Virus record (IMG/VR): IMGVR_UViG_3300037245_003526
Location: 1 to 24,296 of that record
DNA length: 24,296 bases
Source of the DNA: a virus
Direction: 5' to 3' (one strand)
In this document: one piece after another, positions 10,501 through 18,820 of the stretch
How positions within the stretch are numbered: position 1 is the stretch's first letter
Layout: the number at the start of each line of letters is the position of its first letter
The notes under the pieces: model-generated
What the model was told of the DNA's origin: nothing
The model's database searches: none
The model's input: only the letters and a program-made list of their open reading frames with translations
Program-made: the position numbers and the translations under genes

Positions 10501-10642
10501 AGATTTTTTCATCAAGATATTTACTTGCTTTTCTAGCTTCTTTATTTGCCCTTTCGGTTACAACTTGCGAAACAGCGCTGATATTTTTAATCCTTTGATC
10601 TCCAGCTTTTAGCGCATCTCTATTATCTATTTTTTTAACCAC
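7514..10642 (-). CDS. tape measure-like protein
   Basis: 1042 aa with a GTG start 8 nt after GGAGGG. Long helical, charged regions plus Gly-rich hydrophobic stretches (GGLFELLGRGAKGLGGLLITALKAIPAGGLMAALGPALGIAGAAGLGYLIG) are typical of tape measure proteins. Confidence 0.7.
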   Translation of the reverse strand: MVKKIDNRDALKAGDQRIKNISAVSQVVTERANKEARKASKYLDEKISNKSSISSIDRVLKNLADATGTLTSGMRHITAETARGVKHISLGGAQAVNEYAKAISEDINVNKQALIVTTVGKISPIVGYATAKMMETVVFKNMISRMKEGLGKALSSVTSRFKSLAGAGWEKLRGVLSFEKKKPKEKIPKMAKGGFVKKGGMAEIHAAEVITPVKNIVATIVDQVNKRTVTKGISNIADRKMFIKEAMDAYKDTMEEVSGKRPALERIADNTFGTRQAVAPIGGAMGFIRTIFANWVARLGPFQRFFIYGLRTLQKMVMTPFRFLFRRRGGPLRPTGSMVRDMMASSFSQQNLLAEYLPAIARNTSDAVNALVGILAYTSGKTMSRQGIERKESWSIAGRVAALAYKGTIGLAGKGIGALAQKVLPEEMARQLTRRRTMASELEETKEAWGERGKRAGAAGRGLLGRIGWKGKPAAEETIEAEYTEKKQRKLFPAARPGRIPQKVYKKIDTIIDLLRKQNRTADKSHRYLRRRGRKTADTTSFLMRLVMPIMGMVLPMLMKFKGIGGGLFELLGRGAKGLGGLLITALKAIPAGGLMAALGPALGIAGAAGLGYLIGKPIGDAIVKSREKEWGKEKFIREKADIGLRAATVTRVRTMQAARGPVEEKVKAAHEERIHRGIASLQKKRQKHIGESDQDTINSINIGQRTFMQEHMDEYARYGFVTVNAARLNFMRQKRDIGIYRGKDPHGYGMRREQTFFKYLVKINEGKIKSEEKLYAEVGGNEFRERERQARVQLSEQAKRKITSVLVTTGAMTEKVTAYLPFPINLLGMLTNTVLMNFPDDIIRASEMVLTSGKYTKNSIGTGIWKAAELVKKNKSKILAWKDIKEKAQSSGVATLEQMNKAYSKFAAGGFAGMTSTAKGGIDKVTAAMIEKKNILTKKGYLPTMPEAKERLSKFHMDKKSLAAMGVNKDMAIFKQLTEGFDKLSGAVISGSQAASSVVTSFVDSSQKTAQVSNGGGTGGLSGPRPYYDEAVDSILRGRLT

Positions 10643-11586
10643 TATCTAATCCCTCCAAAAGCTTTGTAAATATTTGACATCTTTCCTGGATTAACAAGTT
10701 CTGAATACATACAAATTACTTCACTTGGATAAATTAATTCTTGAATGCATAAGCTTTTATCATTTTTAACTTTTAAACCTTCTTTATATGCGTCCTTCAT
10801 AGGTCTATATATTTGTATAAAATTTCGTATTGAAGAAATAAATCCATCTAAATTTATAAAATATAATTTAATCATAGTCATATATTGTATTAATAATTCC
10901 TGAAATTTATCAAACTCTAAACCAGTTCTGTTATTAAATAATCTAACTAATAAGTCTGTGTATTTTGTAATTGATGAATTTAAACTACCTACTGATGTAT
11001 TTTTATATTCAAATTCCTTAAATAAAAATGAATAAAAAATTTTCACTTCTTTATTAATATCCCCTGAAATATCGAACAATTTCTTAAAAAATGTTGAATA
11101 ATATAACGTTAATTCTTTGTCAAATATTCTTTGATATCTTTTCTTCAAGTGCGTAGAAGCCATATGCATAGATTCATGTACTAAAAGTCCAGCTAATAAT
11201 TTATTAGATGCAAAACCAAAAGACATATTATTATCCATTAATAAAAATATTTGATCTGCTTTTGTTGTATAAAATCCCATTATACTTTTAGAACCCATAG
11301 GAGCAAAAATCTTAAATATTGATAAAGAAAATATTCCTTTATTTAACCATGCTGGAACCACTTTATTATTATCTACAAGACTTCTAATTTTGTCTGAAAT
11401 TTTATTAGTTCTTTTATCTTTTACCATAGCTAAACAAAAACGATCTTTAAGACCTTGAGATGTGTATATTTTCATTCCATCTATATTAGCTACATGATAT
11501 GTATTCCAAGGAACAGTCCATATCTCCTCGATATATTGTTTATTACAATTATCAATAAACTCTTTGGTTAAAACATTATCATTCAT
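10642..11586 (-). CDS. putative Zn-metallopeptidase-like protein (HExxH motif)
   Basis: 314 aa. LLVHESMHMASTH contains HESMH, an HExxH motif. The stop overlaps the tape-measure GTG start (TAGTG), indicating translational coupling. Confidence 0.5.
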   Translation of the reverse strand: MNDNVLTKEFIDNCNKQYIEEIWTVPWNTYHVANIDGMKIYTSQGLKDRFCLAMVKDKRTNKISDKIRSLVDNNKVVPAWLNKGIFSLSIFKIFAPMGSKSIMGFYTTKADQIFLLMDNNMSFGFASNKLLAGLLVHESMHMASTHLKKRYQRIFDKELTLYYSTFFKKLFDISGDINKEVKIFYSFLFKEFEYKNTSVGSLNSSITKYTDLLVRLFNNRTGLEFDKFQELLIQYMTMIKLYFINLDGFISSIRNFIQIYRPMKDAYKEGLKVKNDKSLCIQELIYPSEVICMYSELVNPGKMSNIYKAFGGIR

Positions 11587-11597
11587 TTAATAACTCC

Positions 11598-13247
11598 TTA
11601 ACGAGAATCAAGTCCAAAAAATTCTAAAGTATTTATAAATCCTTTAGCTGAATCATCCCCTTCTCTTTGTGCTTTCTTAACCTGTGTAAGTATTGCTTCA
11701 TTGGTAATTCCTGTTGGTGTATCATCATTTAAACTCATAATATCTTTAAATAGACCTTCATATTTATTAGTAGTTCCTACCATAAGAGGTGGATCATATT
11801 TACGAACAAAAAATGCTAAAGCAGTTGCAAGTGCTAAGTCATCGTGACATCCAATATCCGCTTCTACTCTTCCAGATGGTTTACTTATAAGACCAATTAA
11901 TTCTAATACAAGTCTTTGAGATTTGACACATTCTGGAAACTCAGTAATTAATGAATATAGAGCATCAATCATTAATGGTCGTGATCTTCCTGTAGTCTGA
12001 AGTCCATTAATCTTTTTAGTTGATCTAGTTTCTCTATATACCATATGTCTGAATTCACTATTACACATTTCTTCTACTACTTGGTTTCCATATGAATTTG
12101 ATTCTATAACAAGGAGACCAGGATATTGAGCAGCTACAACTTTTACTACTTTAACAAAATCTAATACTTTACATTTACCTTGGTATTCAAAAACTTGCTC
12201 TAAATTTACATAATCCCAAACAGTAATCGCCGACTTATCATCCCCGTGTTCCGGAGCCGTATCAATTCCTGCTATGTAAAATACATCTTCAACTGGTTTA
12301 CTAAATCTCCATGCTTCACCATTAAATAACTTAATTTTTTCAATGATTGGTTCTTGAATATCTTGTAATACTTGATTAGTTTTTTCATCAAAGAATGATC
12401 CAGAAGTTGCTAGAAATTTCAGTTCTAACTCCTGTTGAATTTTCTTTGAATCATGTTCAAATAGTTGGCATTGTGTATTATACCATTCAGGATCATCAGC
12501 TAATTCTGAAACATCTTTCCAATGAATTACGAAATCTTTAAAAATATCATCTCCACCTATTGCTCTTTGATATTTTTCATAAAACCATTTTCCAGGACCA
12601 ACAGTTTTATTTGGAGTAGAAAGAATTACTGTTCCATAAGGTACATCTTTCTTTCTTGCATGCATCTGATTTGTTGATAATGCTGAAACCATACTTGTCC
12701 ATGCCTCATCAAGAAACTTGATAAAAGCTGCCTCATCAATTACTAAGAATGTAATTGCTTTACCACGAAGAGTTTTTTCTGGAGCATTTGGATTGACAGG
12801 TGATGCATATACTTTTGAACCATTTGTTAGTATAAAAGACTGTTCAGTTTTCTTATCAAATTTAATATTAAACCATTCAGGAATCTTTTCAATCATTGAT
12901 CTAATTGCTCTAGCAAAGTCAGTTGCTTCCTTACCATCTTTTGAAATAATACCTATTACAACATTATCAAAGAATATACTTAACCAAACTGAATATGCTT
13001 GAATTATTGTTGAGATTCCTATCTGTCTTGACTTTAATACTAATACATAATGTAATTCATTTATAGTTCGTACTAGTCTAGATTGTGGTTCATATGGTTG
13101 TAATAGTACATCTTCACCTGGCATTTCAATGAAAATATATCTTGAACAAAAATAGTCAAATGAGTTCTTACATTCCATATATTCAAGTAATCGCTTCTGC
13201 GCTAAATCTTTCAGTTTTTCATTTTTTTCGTCATATTTTGCAACCAT
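11598..13247 (-). CDS. terL: terminase large subunit
   Basis: 549 aa. ATPase motifs are VLKSRQIGISTI (deviant Walker A) and ITFLVIDEAAF (Walker B). The RNase-H-like nuclease half has IAGIDTAPEHGDDKSAITVW and GCHDDLALATALA. AAGGAG SD upstream. Confidence 0.9.
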   Translation of the reverse strand: MVAKYDEKNEKLKDLAQKRLLEYMECKNSFDYFCSRYIFIEMPGEDVLLQPYEPQSRLVRTINELHYVLVLKSRQIGISTIIQAYSVWLSIFFDNVVIGIISKDGKEATDFARAIRSMIEKIPEWFNIKFDKKTEQSFILTNGSKVYASPVNPNAPEKTLRGKAITFLVIDEAAFIKFLDEAWTSMVSALSTNQMHARKKDVPYGTVILSTPNKTVGPGKWFYEKYQRAIGGDDIFKDFVIHWKDVSELADDPEWYNTQCQLFEHDSKKIQQELELKFLATSGSFFDEKTNQVLQDIQEPIIEKIKLFNGEAWRFSKPVEDVFYIAGIDTAPEHGDDKSAITVWDYVNLEQVFEYQGKCKVLDFVKVVKVVAAQYPGLLVIESNSYGNQVVEEMCNSEFRHMVYRETRSTKKINGLQTTGRSRPLMIDALYSLITEFPECVKSQRLVLELIGLISKPSGRVEADIGCHDDLALATALAFFVRKYDPPLMVGTTNKYEGLFKDIMSLNDDTPTGITNEAILTQVKKAQREGDDSAKGFINTLEFFGLDSR

Positions 13248-13312
13248 ATAGGCGCTCCTTTTATATTTTGTTCTAGTAAAATTCCAATCAGTTTAAAAAA
13301 ATCTTACTATAT

Positions 13313-13341
13313 ATATAACTAAGTGAAAGATATGTTTGCAA
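13313..13341 (-). promoter_or_regulatory. candidate sigma70-type promoter for the terminase operon
   Basis: The minus strand reads TTGCAA (13341->13336), a 17-nt spacer, then TTATAT (13318->13313), about 65 nt upstream of the terL ATG. Hexamer match only, in an AT-rich background. Confidence 0.25.
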
Positions 13342-13586
13342 GTTTGTTTATATCTTTTGTAGTTTTATATTAATCCTAAAAAGGGGTCGACACATGATTA
13401 TTCTTTTGAAGGAAATTGGCTATTGTGCAGGGATGATTTCATCAGTTTTTGTTAATGCTAAGAAGCAGGAGACTTCTCATTATGACTACAATTGGACTAT
13501 GTTGTGACAAAAATGATTTACAACCTAAGGGAGGTGTTATTTTCGTTTTAGAAGAAAATAAGATTAAAAAAACTTTAACCACGGAT

Positions 13587-13669
13587 TCACTGGATTGCAA
13601 TAGGTTAAGTAAAAACATCTTATTTTTAGCGGGATCAAGCTTATTATTTAACCTATTGCAATCCAGTGA
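13587..13669. repeat. perfect 22-bp inverted repeat (TCACTGGATTGCAATAGGTTAA / TTAACCTATTGCAATCCAGTGA) with a 39-nt spacer
   Basis: Arms at 13587-13608 and 13648-13669 are exact reverse complements. They lie in the 490-bp non-coding gap upstream of terL. Confidence 0.85.
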
Positions 13670-13739
13670 GTTTAGCTTAAATTTAATTATAAACAGAAAT
13701 GAGATATTCCCAATTCTGGGATATTTTATTGTACAAATT

Positions 13740-14972
13740 TTATACTGTTCTATTTGTTTTAACAAGCTCTAAAGCAGCAGTTGCTTCCCATCCTGCCTCA
13801 GTTCTATGTAATTTAATGTCAGTAGAAAGTAATATATATTTTTTTCCAATTGGTTTATGCTCTAAGGTTTTTATACCTAATAATATTGAAGCACCTACAT
13901 TTAATAATGGTTCAATTAAAATATTTTTTTCTATGTTAATTCTAGATCTTGTCATATCATAAATACTTTTAGCCATCATTGATTTAGCAAATACTTCTGA
14001 TTCACCAAATCCTCCATGAGCAATATAATAACGAATTCTTTCTAAATCTTTATGAATAGGAATTTCACTTCCATCACTGCATCCATTTTCTTGAGAAATA
14101 GTTTCTAAATCAAGTTCAATTGTTTCACTTAATTTATCGTCAGGAAGAACTATATGTTTTAAAGTTTTTCCATAATAACTAAATTTAGCATTACCTGTAT
14201 AAGAAGTGTGAATATTATCATATGTTAAAACTTTACTTTTATCTTCTTCTTTAAGTACTGGATTATCACTAGTAGTCATATGCTCTATAATCATTGATGG
14301 TTGTTTTAATATTTCTTCTGCTAAATTTCTTATAAAAATAGTATTATCATATCTACAAAATATTCCAGAGACACCCTCAAAAATACCAAATGTACTATCT
14401 ATATAATTGATAGCATCGTAAAGTGTTGTTGGTGGAATACATACTTGTTTTATAATATCTATACTATCTCCAGTTCCCCATTCAGTTTCCTCTACATTAG
14501 GAGCATATGTACTTATCATGTCGTCTATAATTTGTTTAGGAGTCATGGGACTCATATGAACTCCATAAACTTTATTTACCATAGTAGTCATCGTAATAAA
14601 TGGTATTCTAGTAACAGTTTGAATTCTCATAATAGTTCGATCTTCTTGACTTCCTGTTGCCATCTCAGTAGTCACGGGTACTTCAAATTCTGAAGAAATC
14701 ATAAGAAGATCAAGTTCAGTATTTTCTTTAATAGTTTCATCTTGACCCAATAAATCCAACTTCAAAGTAATTGTATCTTGACCATATAATTTATCTTTGA
14801 TTATTACGTGAGGTGGAATAAAAATTTCTAGAGTGACAGCGGTCCATGCTGATACTAATGAAGTCTCTATTCGAATTTCTTCAAGAAATTTAGAGTATAA
14901 TGTATCTTGATTATTATTAATAGAAAGAGTTATATCATAACTCCTAGTTGGTTGAAGTAATTTATCTACCAA
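13740..14972 (-). CDS. hypothetical protein (possible tail/baseplate hub-type structural protein; weak)
   Basis: 410-aa ORF with a TTG start 8 nt after AGGAGG. It overlaps the upstream 68-aa ORF by 11 nt. No diagnostic motif; the structural role is guessed from context only. Confidence 0.6.
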   Translation of the reverse strand: MVDKLLQPTRSYDITLSINNNQDTLYSKFLEEIRIETSLVSAWTAVTLEIFIPPHVIIKDKLYGQDTITLKLDLLGQDETIKENTELDLLMISSEFEVPVTTEMATGSQEDRTIMRIQTVTRIPFITMTTMVNKVYGVHMSPMTPKQIIDDMISTYAPNVEETEWGTGDSIDIIKQVCIPPTTLYDAINYIDSTFGIFEGVSGIFCRYDNTIFIRNLAEEILKQPSMIIEHMTTSDNPVLKEEDKSKVLTYDNIHTSYTGNAKFSYYGKTLKHIVLPDDKLSETIELDLETISQENGCSDGSEIPIHKDLERIRYYIAHGGFGESEVFAKSMMAKSIYDMTRSRINIEKNILIEPLLNVGASILLGIKTLEHKPIGKKYILLSTDIKLHRTEAGWEATAALELVKTNRTV

Positions 14973-15168
14973 TTTTTAAACCTCCTAAGTTAGGTCCGCT
15001 AAAATTACTAGCTATTTCAGCAGCACATTCCATCTGATTTTTTTTAGATCCAGCAACACTAATAGTACGATCTTTAAAATCAAAATCATCAATTTTGCAA
15101 CCATGTTTTTCCAAAATAATACTAATAATACTTAGAAAAAATGATTCTACATCTAGTGGTTTGTTCAT
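14962..15168 (-). CDS. hypothetical small protein
   Basis: 68-aa ORF with AAAGGAAAT upstream. Translationally coupled to the next gene. Confidence 0.55.
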   Translation of the reverse strand: MNKPLDVESFFLSIISIILEKHGCKIDDFDFKDRTISVAGSKKNQMECAAEIASNFSGPNLGGLKIGR

Positions 15169-15202
15169 AATATTTCCTTTATTTTTTGTTCCAAAAAAAA
15201 GA

Positions 15203-15237
15203 CAAAAAAAAATAAGAAGCTAAATACACTCCTTATT
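15203..15237 (-). terminator. intrinsic terminator (bidirectional-looking)
   Basis: On the minus strand, AATAAGGAG-(9-nt loop)-CTTCTTATT forms an 8/9-bp stem (15237->15211) followed by a run of 9 T. It lies 11 nt after the stop of the 15248..15541 gene. The plus strand also shows a T run after the stem. Confidence 0.55.
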
Positions 15238-15247
15238 TTTTTCAACA

Positions 15248-15541
15248 TTAAGTTGTCATAGAAAATCTAGTCAATGAGTGGAGATTTTCAATTGTTTTTC
15301 CCATTATTTCAGAAAGTTTAATATTTAAAAAATCATCCTTTATAAGTTCCTTTTTTTGCTCCTCTGATAATTTTGCCTCATCAATTTTAGCTTCTAAAGA
15401 CCATGTATCGAATGGGATTAATATTTCCTCTTTATCAAATATCACTCTAATATCACATTCAAGACCAAATGTTAATTTTTCAGAATATCCATACATTCCG
15501 TTTGTTGTTTCTTCAGCAAAACATTCTATTTGTAACTTCAT
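15248..15541 (-). CDS. hypothetical acidic protein
   Basis: 97-aa ORF with a GGAGGGG SD. Followed by a terminator. Confidence 0.65.
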   Translation of the reverse strand: MKLQIECFAEETTNGMYGYSEKLTFGLECDIRVIFDKEEILIPFDTWSLEAKIDEAKLSEEQKKELIKDDFLNIKLSEIMGKTIENLHSLTRFSMTT

Positions 15542-15550
15542 AATCCCCTC

Positions 15551-15718
15551 CTAATCTAAATCTTCTGGATTTGCTCCATACTCAACAAGAACTTTTTTCA
15601 CTGATGACATACTAACATTTGATGTTTCAGATATACATTCACAATCTATTTCATTATAAATATCTTTTAACATCCTTCTAACTAATTTATTTAGTTCATT
15701 AGGAAGGCGGTTTTCCAT
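15551..15718 (-). CDS. small hypothetical protein, possible helix-turn-helix (MENRLPNELNKLVRRMLKDIYNEIDCECISETSNVSMSSVKKVLVEYGANPEDLD*)
   Basis: 55-aa ORF absent from the supplied ORF track, found by reading the gap. A strong AGGAGG lies 8 nt upstream of the ATG at 15718. The stop abuts the SD of the next gene. ISETSNVSMSSVKKVL looks HTH-like. Confidence 0.5.
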   Translation of the reverse strand: MENRLPNELNKLVRRMLKDIYNEIDCECISETSNVSMSSVKKVLVEYGANPEDLD

Positions 15719-15839
15719 ATTTAAACCTCCTATCGACTACATTACTTTTTCTCCTTTCCTTATCAGCAAGATAGTCCCATTTAAATGGATCTTTAGGATT
15801 TCGTCTATCAGTTTGACCTTCTCTTCTTTCTGGTTGCAT
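15696..15839 (-). CDS. very small basic hypothetical protein (MQPERREGQTDRRNPKDPFKWDYLADKERRKSNVVDRRFKYGKPPS*)
   Basis: 47-aa ORF absent from the track. AAGGGG SD precedes the ATG at 15839, directly after the ligase stop. It overlaps the next small ORF by 23 nt. Confidence 0.3.
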
Positions 15840-15850
15840 ATTTAAACCCC

Positions 15851-17047
15851 TTATTCATAATTTCTAACTGCTTCTCCTACAGGTTGTTGAGGAACCATAT
15901 CATCACTATATTCAGCAAATTTTACAGTTAATGGTTCTCCTATATAACTATTAAGATTACGATACATTTCTTGACGTTTTTCAACTGTACCTTTAGGACG
16001 AACATCAAATGTTAATCCTCCTTCAGTAACACATCTGAATACTATACATCCTTCATCAGTGCCTGTTCCTTCTTTTCCTCCAACGATATCAAATTCAGCA
16101 GTTTTAAATCCCTTAACTTTTTCAAGATCCTTAGAGTTATACTCAAACATATAGTGACCATCTTTGTTTCTTAACATTCCTCCTTCGAATCCCATAGAAA
16201 CCCATTTATCATGCCGAAGTTTTGCTTCTTTATATGAATTGACAGTTATGGTTTTTACCAGACGAATAGTTGGGGATGTACGTTCATTAATCAACATTTC
16301 ATTTAGAATACTAAGTCTTTCAGAAAAATGTAAAGTAGTATTAGGATAATCATAAATCCAATATTCAAGCTTATGTGCATCTGGTTTAAGGTCTTTTGTA
16401 TATGAACCTATCTTTTGTAAAGACCAATCATGATTATATAACTCACCATGAACCATCTCATTAACATTAAGAATATCATTAAGTTTATCAGTGAAATGTT
16501 CAAGAGTATGAAATAAATGACCTCCTCGTGAATGATAACAAATACCTTCTTCCATATCTTCATTTACCGGATGAAGTAAACCTTTATGTATTGCCCATGA
16601 TATATATTCATGGGAATATTGTTTAAATGAAGGTTCGGAAGCATATTTTCTAGCCATGCAACACACTCCATTTAACTTTGGTTGCATATAACATGGAAAT
16701 TTAATCTTACCTTTTTTAACACCTTTAGCTAATTGAGGAAGAATAATCCTTGGAACATAATTTTTTACATCAATTTGAAATTCATAATTAGCATCTCTTT
16801 TTGTATTAAACTCAGAAACCGCCATATTAACTGCTTGTTTAAAAGGAGTTGTTTCATTTGATTTTCCTATGTTCTTTCCTTTTTTAACATGATTAATATT
16901 TTCTCTAATCTTTCCACCTATTTGACCAGATTCCCTAATCAAAAAAGCAGTTTTATCATCCTGTTCCTCAACTTTAACTTTCCATTTTTGAACCTTTCCT
17001 GTTGAACTTATACCAAATAACATTGGTTGTTCAGCTGCTCTATTCAT
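15851..17047 (-). CDS. ATP-dependent DNA ligase
   Basis: Nucleotidyltransferase motifs occur in order: QPKLNGVC (motif I, KxNG instead of KxDG), HGELY (III), EGGMLRN (IV), LEKVKGFKTAEFDIV (V). A C-terminal OB-like tail follows. The N-terminal domain carries GKNIGKSNETTPFKQA. Start placed at 17047 (MNRAAEQP) because it forms an ATGA overlap with the upstream stop and follows AAAGGGGG. The ORF track's longer start is 17077. Confidence 0.85.
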   Translation of the reverse strand: MNRAAEQPMLFGISSTGKVQKWKVKVEEQDDKTAFLIRESGQIGGKIRENINHVKKGKNIGKSNETTPFKQAVNMAVSEFNTKRDANYEFQIDVKNYVPRIILPQLAKGVKKGKIKFPCYMQPKLNGVCCMARKYASEPSFKQYSHEYISWAIHKGLLHPVNEDMEEGICYHSRGGHLFHTLEHFTDKLNDILNVNEMVHGELYNHDWSLQKIGSYTKDLKPDAHKLEYWIYDYPNTTLHFSERLSILNEMLINERTSPTIRLVKTITVNSYKEAKLRHDKWVSMGFEGGMLRNKDGHYMFEYNSKDLEKVKGFKTAEFDIVGGKEGTGTDEGCIVFRCVTEGGLTFDVRPKGTVEKRQEMYRNLNSYIGEPLTVKFAEYSDDMVPQQPVGEAVRNYE

Positions 17048-17361
17048 TTGACCCCCTTTATTTTTTTTACTTTCCAACCAGAAGTTTTAAATTTCTTAAT
17101 AACCTTTTGACATTCTTCATAAACATCACCATGATAATATCTTGCTGCTCCAGTTATATTACTTTTTATAAAAAATTTATTTTTTTGTACATCATAAAGT
17201 AAAGCATCAGTATAAAAATCTATCCTTTTATCTCTAATGTACATCTTAGGTTTAGGTTCAATAGGTAATTCAATCTCTTTTGTAATTATGTATCTCAAAT
17301 TTTCTTTACTACCTACATCCTCTGAATAACATTTAATTTCAATATTACATTTATACAACAT
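17044..17361 (-). CDS. hypothetical protein
   Basis: 105-aa ORF with AAGGAGGTG SD. Its stop overlaps the ligase start. Confidence 0.65.
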   Translation of the reverse strand: MLYKCNIEIKCYSEDVGSKENLRYIITKEIELPIEPKPKMYIRDKRIDFYTDALLYDVQKNKFFIKSNITGAARYYHGDVYEECQKVIKKFKTSGWKVKKIKGVK

Positions 17362-17377
17362 TTATATAAACACCTCC

Positions 17378-18820
17378 TTAGAAATATGAGTTCATTATAT
17401 TTTTCATTTCCTCTATCTTTGGATTAAGTTTTCCAGCAAATAAAAGTGTATAAAATCTAATCATATCACCTTCTATCTTTGATAGAGGAATCCCTGTCAA
17501 TCTTTTTCCTGAATAAATATTACAGAAATTAACTCTGGATGTTCTTCCTACGAAAAAACTCATTATATCGTATGGTAATATTTTTGTAGTAAATCCAAAA
17601 AAGTTTTCAACACTTTGTTGAATATTTATAAAACCAAGTTCATTATTAACATTTTTAATTTTATATGTTGTAGCATTTGCTGGTTGACTTACTGGATAAA
17701 ATTCAAGTAAACTGAATAAATCACTGTATTCATTCTTAAATACTTTTTTCAAAATTGAGTGTATATAAACAGATAAAATAGCAGAATACTCTGGTGAAAC
17801 TGTTGAAAAATAACTGTATGGAATATCTGTCATTTCTGATAAAAGTGGAAATATTAAACAATCACTTAGAGGTGAGATATATTCAATAGAAGTGATACGA
17901 TTATGAAAATCATTAACTCTTTTATCATTTGCATCATCTTCTATAATAAAACGACTTTCTGATTCAATAGCTTCATGAATTTGTTCATATGCTATAACCT
18001 TTAATTTACCTAATGTATCATTAAAGGAATATGTTTTTAAATTATCTCTATCTGAACTATGAATATCTTCTGTAGAAATCTCATCATCATAAATCATAAC
18101 TCTTTTATAAACAGATCGTAAGAACCATTTAACTGATTCATCTACTACACCAACAAAATATGTAATTGGATTTTTCTGTTCTTCACATAATACCACAATT
18201 GAATTCATTATGAAGTTGAATATTTCATCAGCATGAGTATCTATAGTTTTACAATGCATATTCTTTAAATACTCCCACATATATGCATCAGTAAGATTAT
18301 ATCTATATGTTTTAGTCTTAACAACATTCAAAATTTTACTTACAATTTGTTTTTCGATAATTTCATCAATAATTATATTATAAAGTTTTTTATTAATCTT
18401 TTTAGGAAGTTTTAAATCACTATTAAATAAAACTGAAAATATTTTAAGATAATTTGAAGTTCTTATAATGCTTTTAATCTCATTTGGCTCAAATAGAATA
18501 GTTCCTTTTTTAACTTTCTTTCTATTTACAAAAGTCTCATAATCAATTTGTAAATTATCAATGTATTCATCAACGAATTCCTTAAGTTTATTAATATTAT
18601 CAACCATATCTTTAAGTTCTAATGATCCTAAATTAAGAAATATATCTATAAACCATTCATCAAATGATTCTCCAATTTGAATGGATAGTCTTTCTATGAA
18701 ATCAGTAATTATGAAAAATTTGTTTGTTATTGTGGATGAATCTAAATTAAGAGTTTTAACCATCTCATCATCCTTGAAAATGTTCCATTTTTTAGTTTGC
18801 TGCTTTTCGAATTTTAGCAT
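17378..18820 (-). CDS. hypothetical protein (480 aa, acidic)
   Basis: Long uninterrupted ORF with an AAAGGAAGGA SD. No motif recognised. Confidence 0.7.
   Translation of the reverse strand: MLKFEKQQTKKWNIFKDDEMVKTLNLDSSTITNKFFIITDFIERLSIQIGESFDEWFIDIFLNLGSLELKDMVDNINKLKEFVDEYIDNLQIDYETFVNRKKVKKGTILFEPNEIKSIIRTSNYLKIFSVLFNSDLKLPKKINKKLYNIIIDEIIEKQIVSKILNVVKTKTYRYNLTDAYMWEYLKNMHCKTIDTHADEIFNFIMNSIVVLCEEQKNPITYFVGVVDESVKWFLRSVYKRVMIYDDEISTEDIHSSDRDNLKTYSFNDTLGKLKVIAYEQIHEAIESESRFIIEDDANDKRVNDFHNRITSIEYISPLSDCLIFPLLSEMTDIPYSYFSTVSPEYSAILSVYIHSILKKVFKNEYSDLFSLLEFYPVSQPANATTYKIKNVNNELGFINIQQSVENFFGFTTKILPYDIMSFFVGRTSRVNFCNIYSGKRLTGIPLSKIEGDMIRFYTLLFAGKLNPKIEEMKNIMNSYF

Noticed and set aside
4002-12999. 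Short ORFs opposite the large genes (4002..4193, 6854..7048, 8214..8531, 8378..8566, 9712..9936, 9984..10262, 12718..13002)
   Set aside because: All are nested antisense or out of frame within long, motif-supported genes (baseplate J-like, tape measure, terL). None has a ribosome-binding site or recognisable motif.
13442-13772. Mirror-image 107-aa ORFs on both strands (13442..13765 - and 13449..13772 +) and the 87-aa ORF 13699..13962
   Set aside because: The two ORFs are reverse complements of the same stop-free stretch that contains the 22-bp inverted repeat. Their sequences look non-protein-like and neither has a proper start context. The - ORF would also start inside the upstream gene. 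I treat the region as non-coding, but the unusual lack of stops is recorded as a finding.
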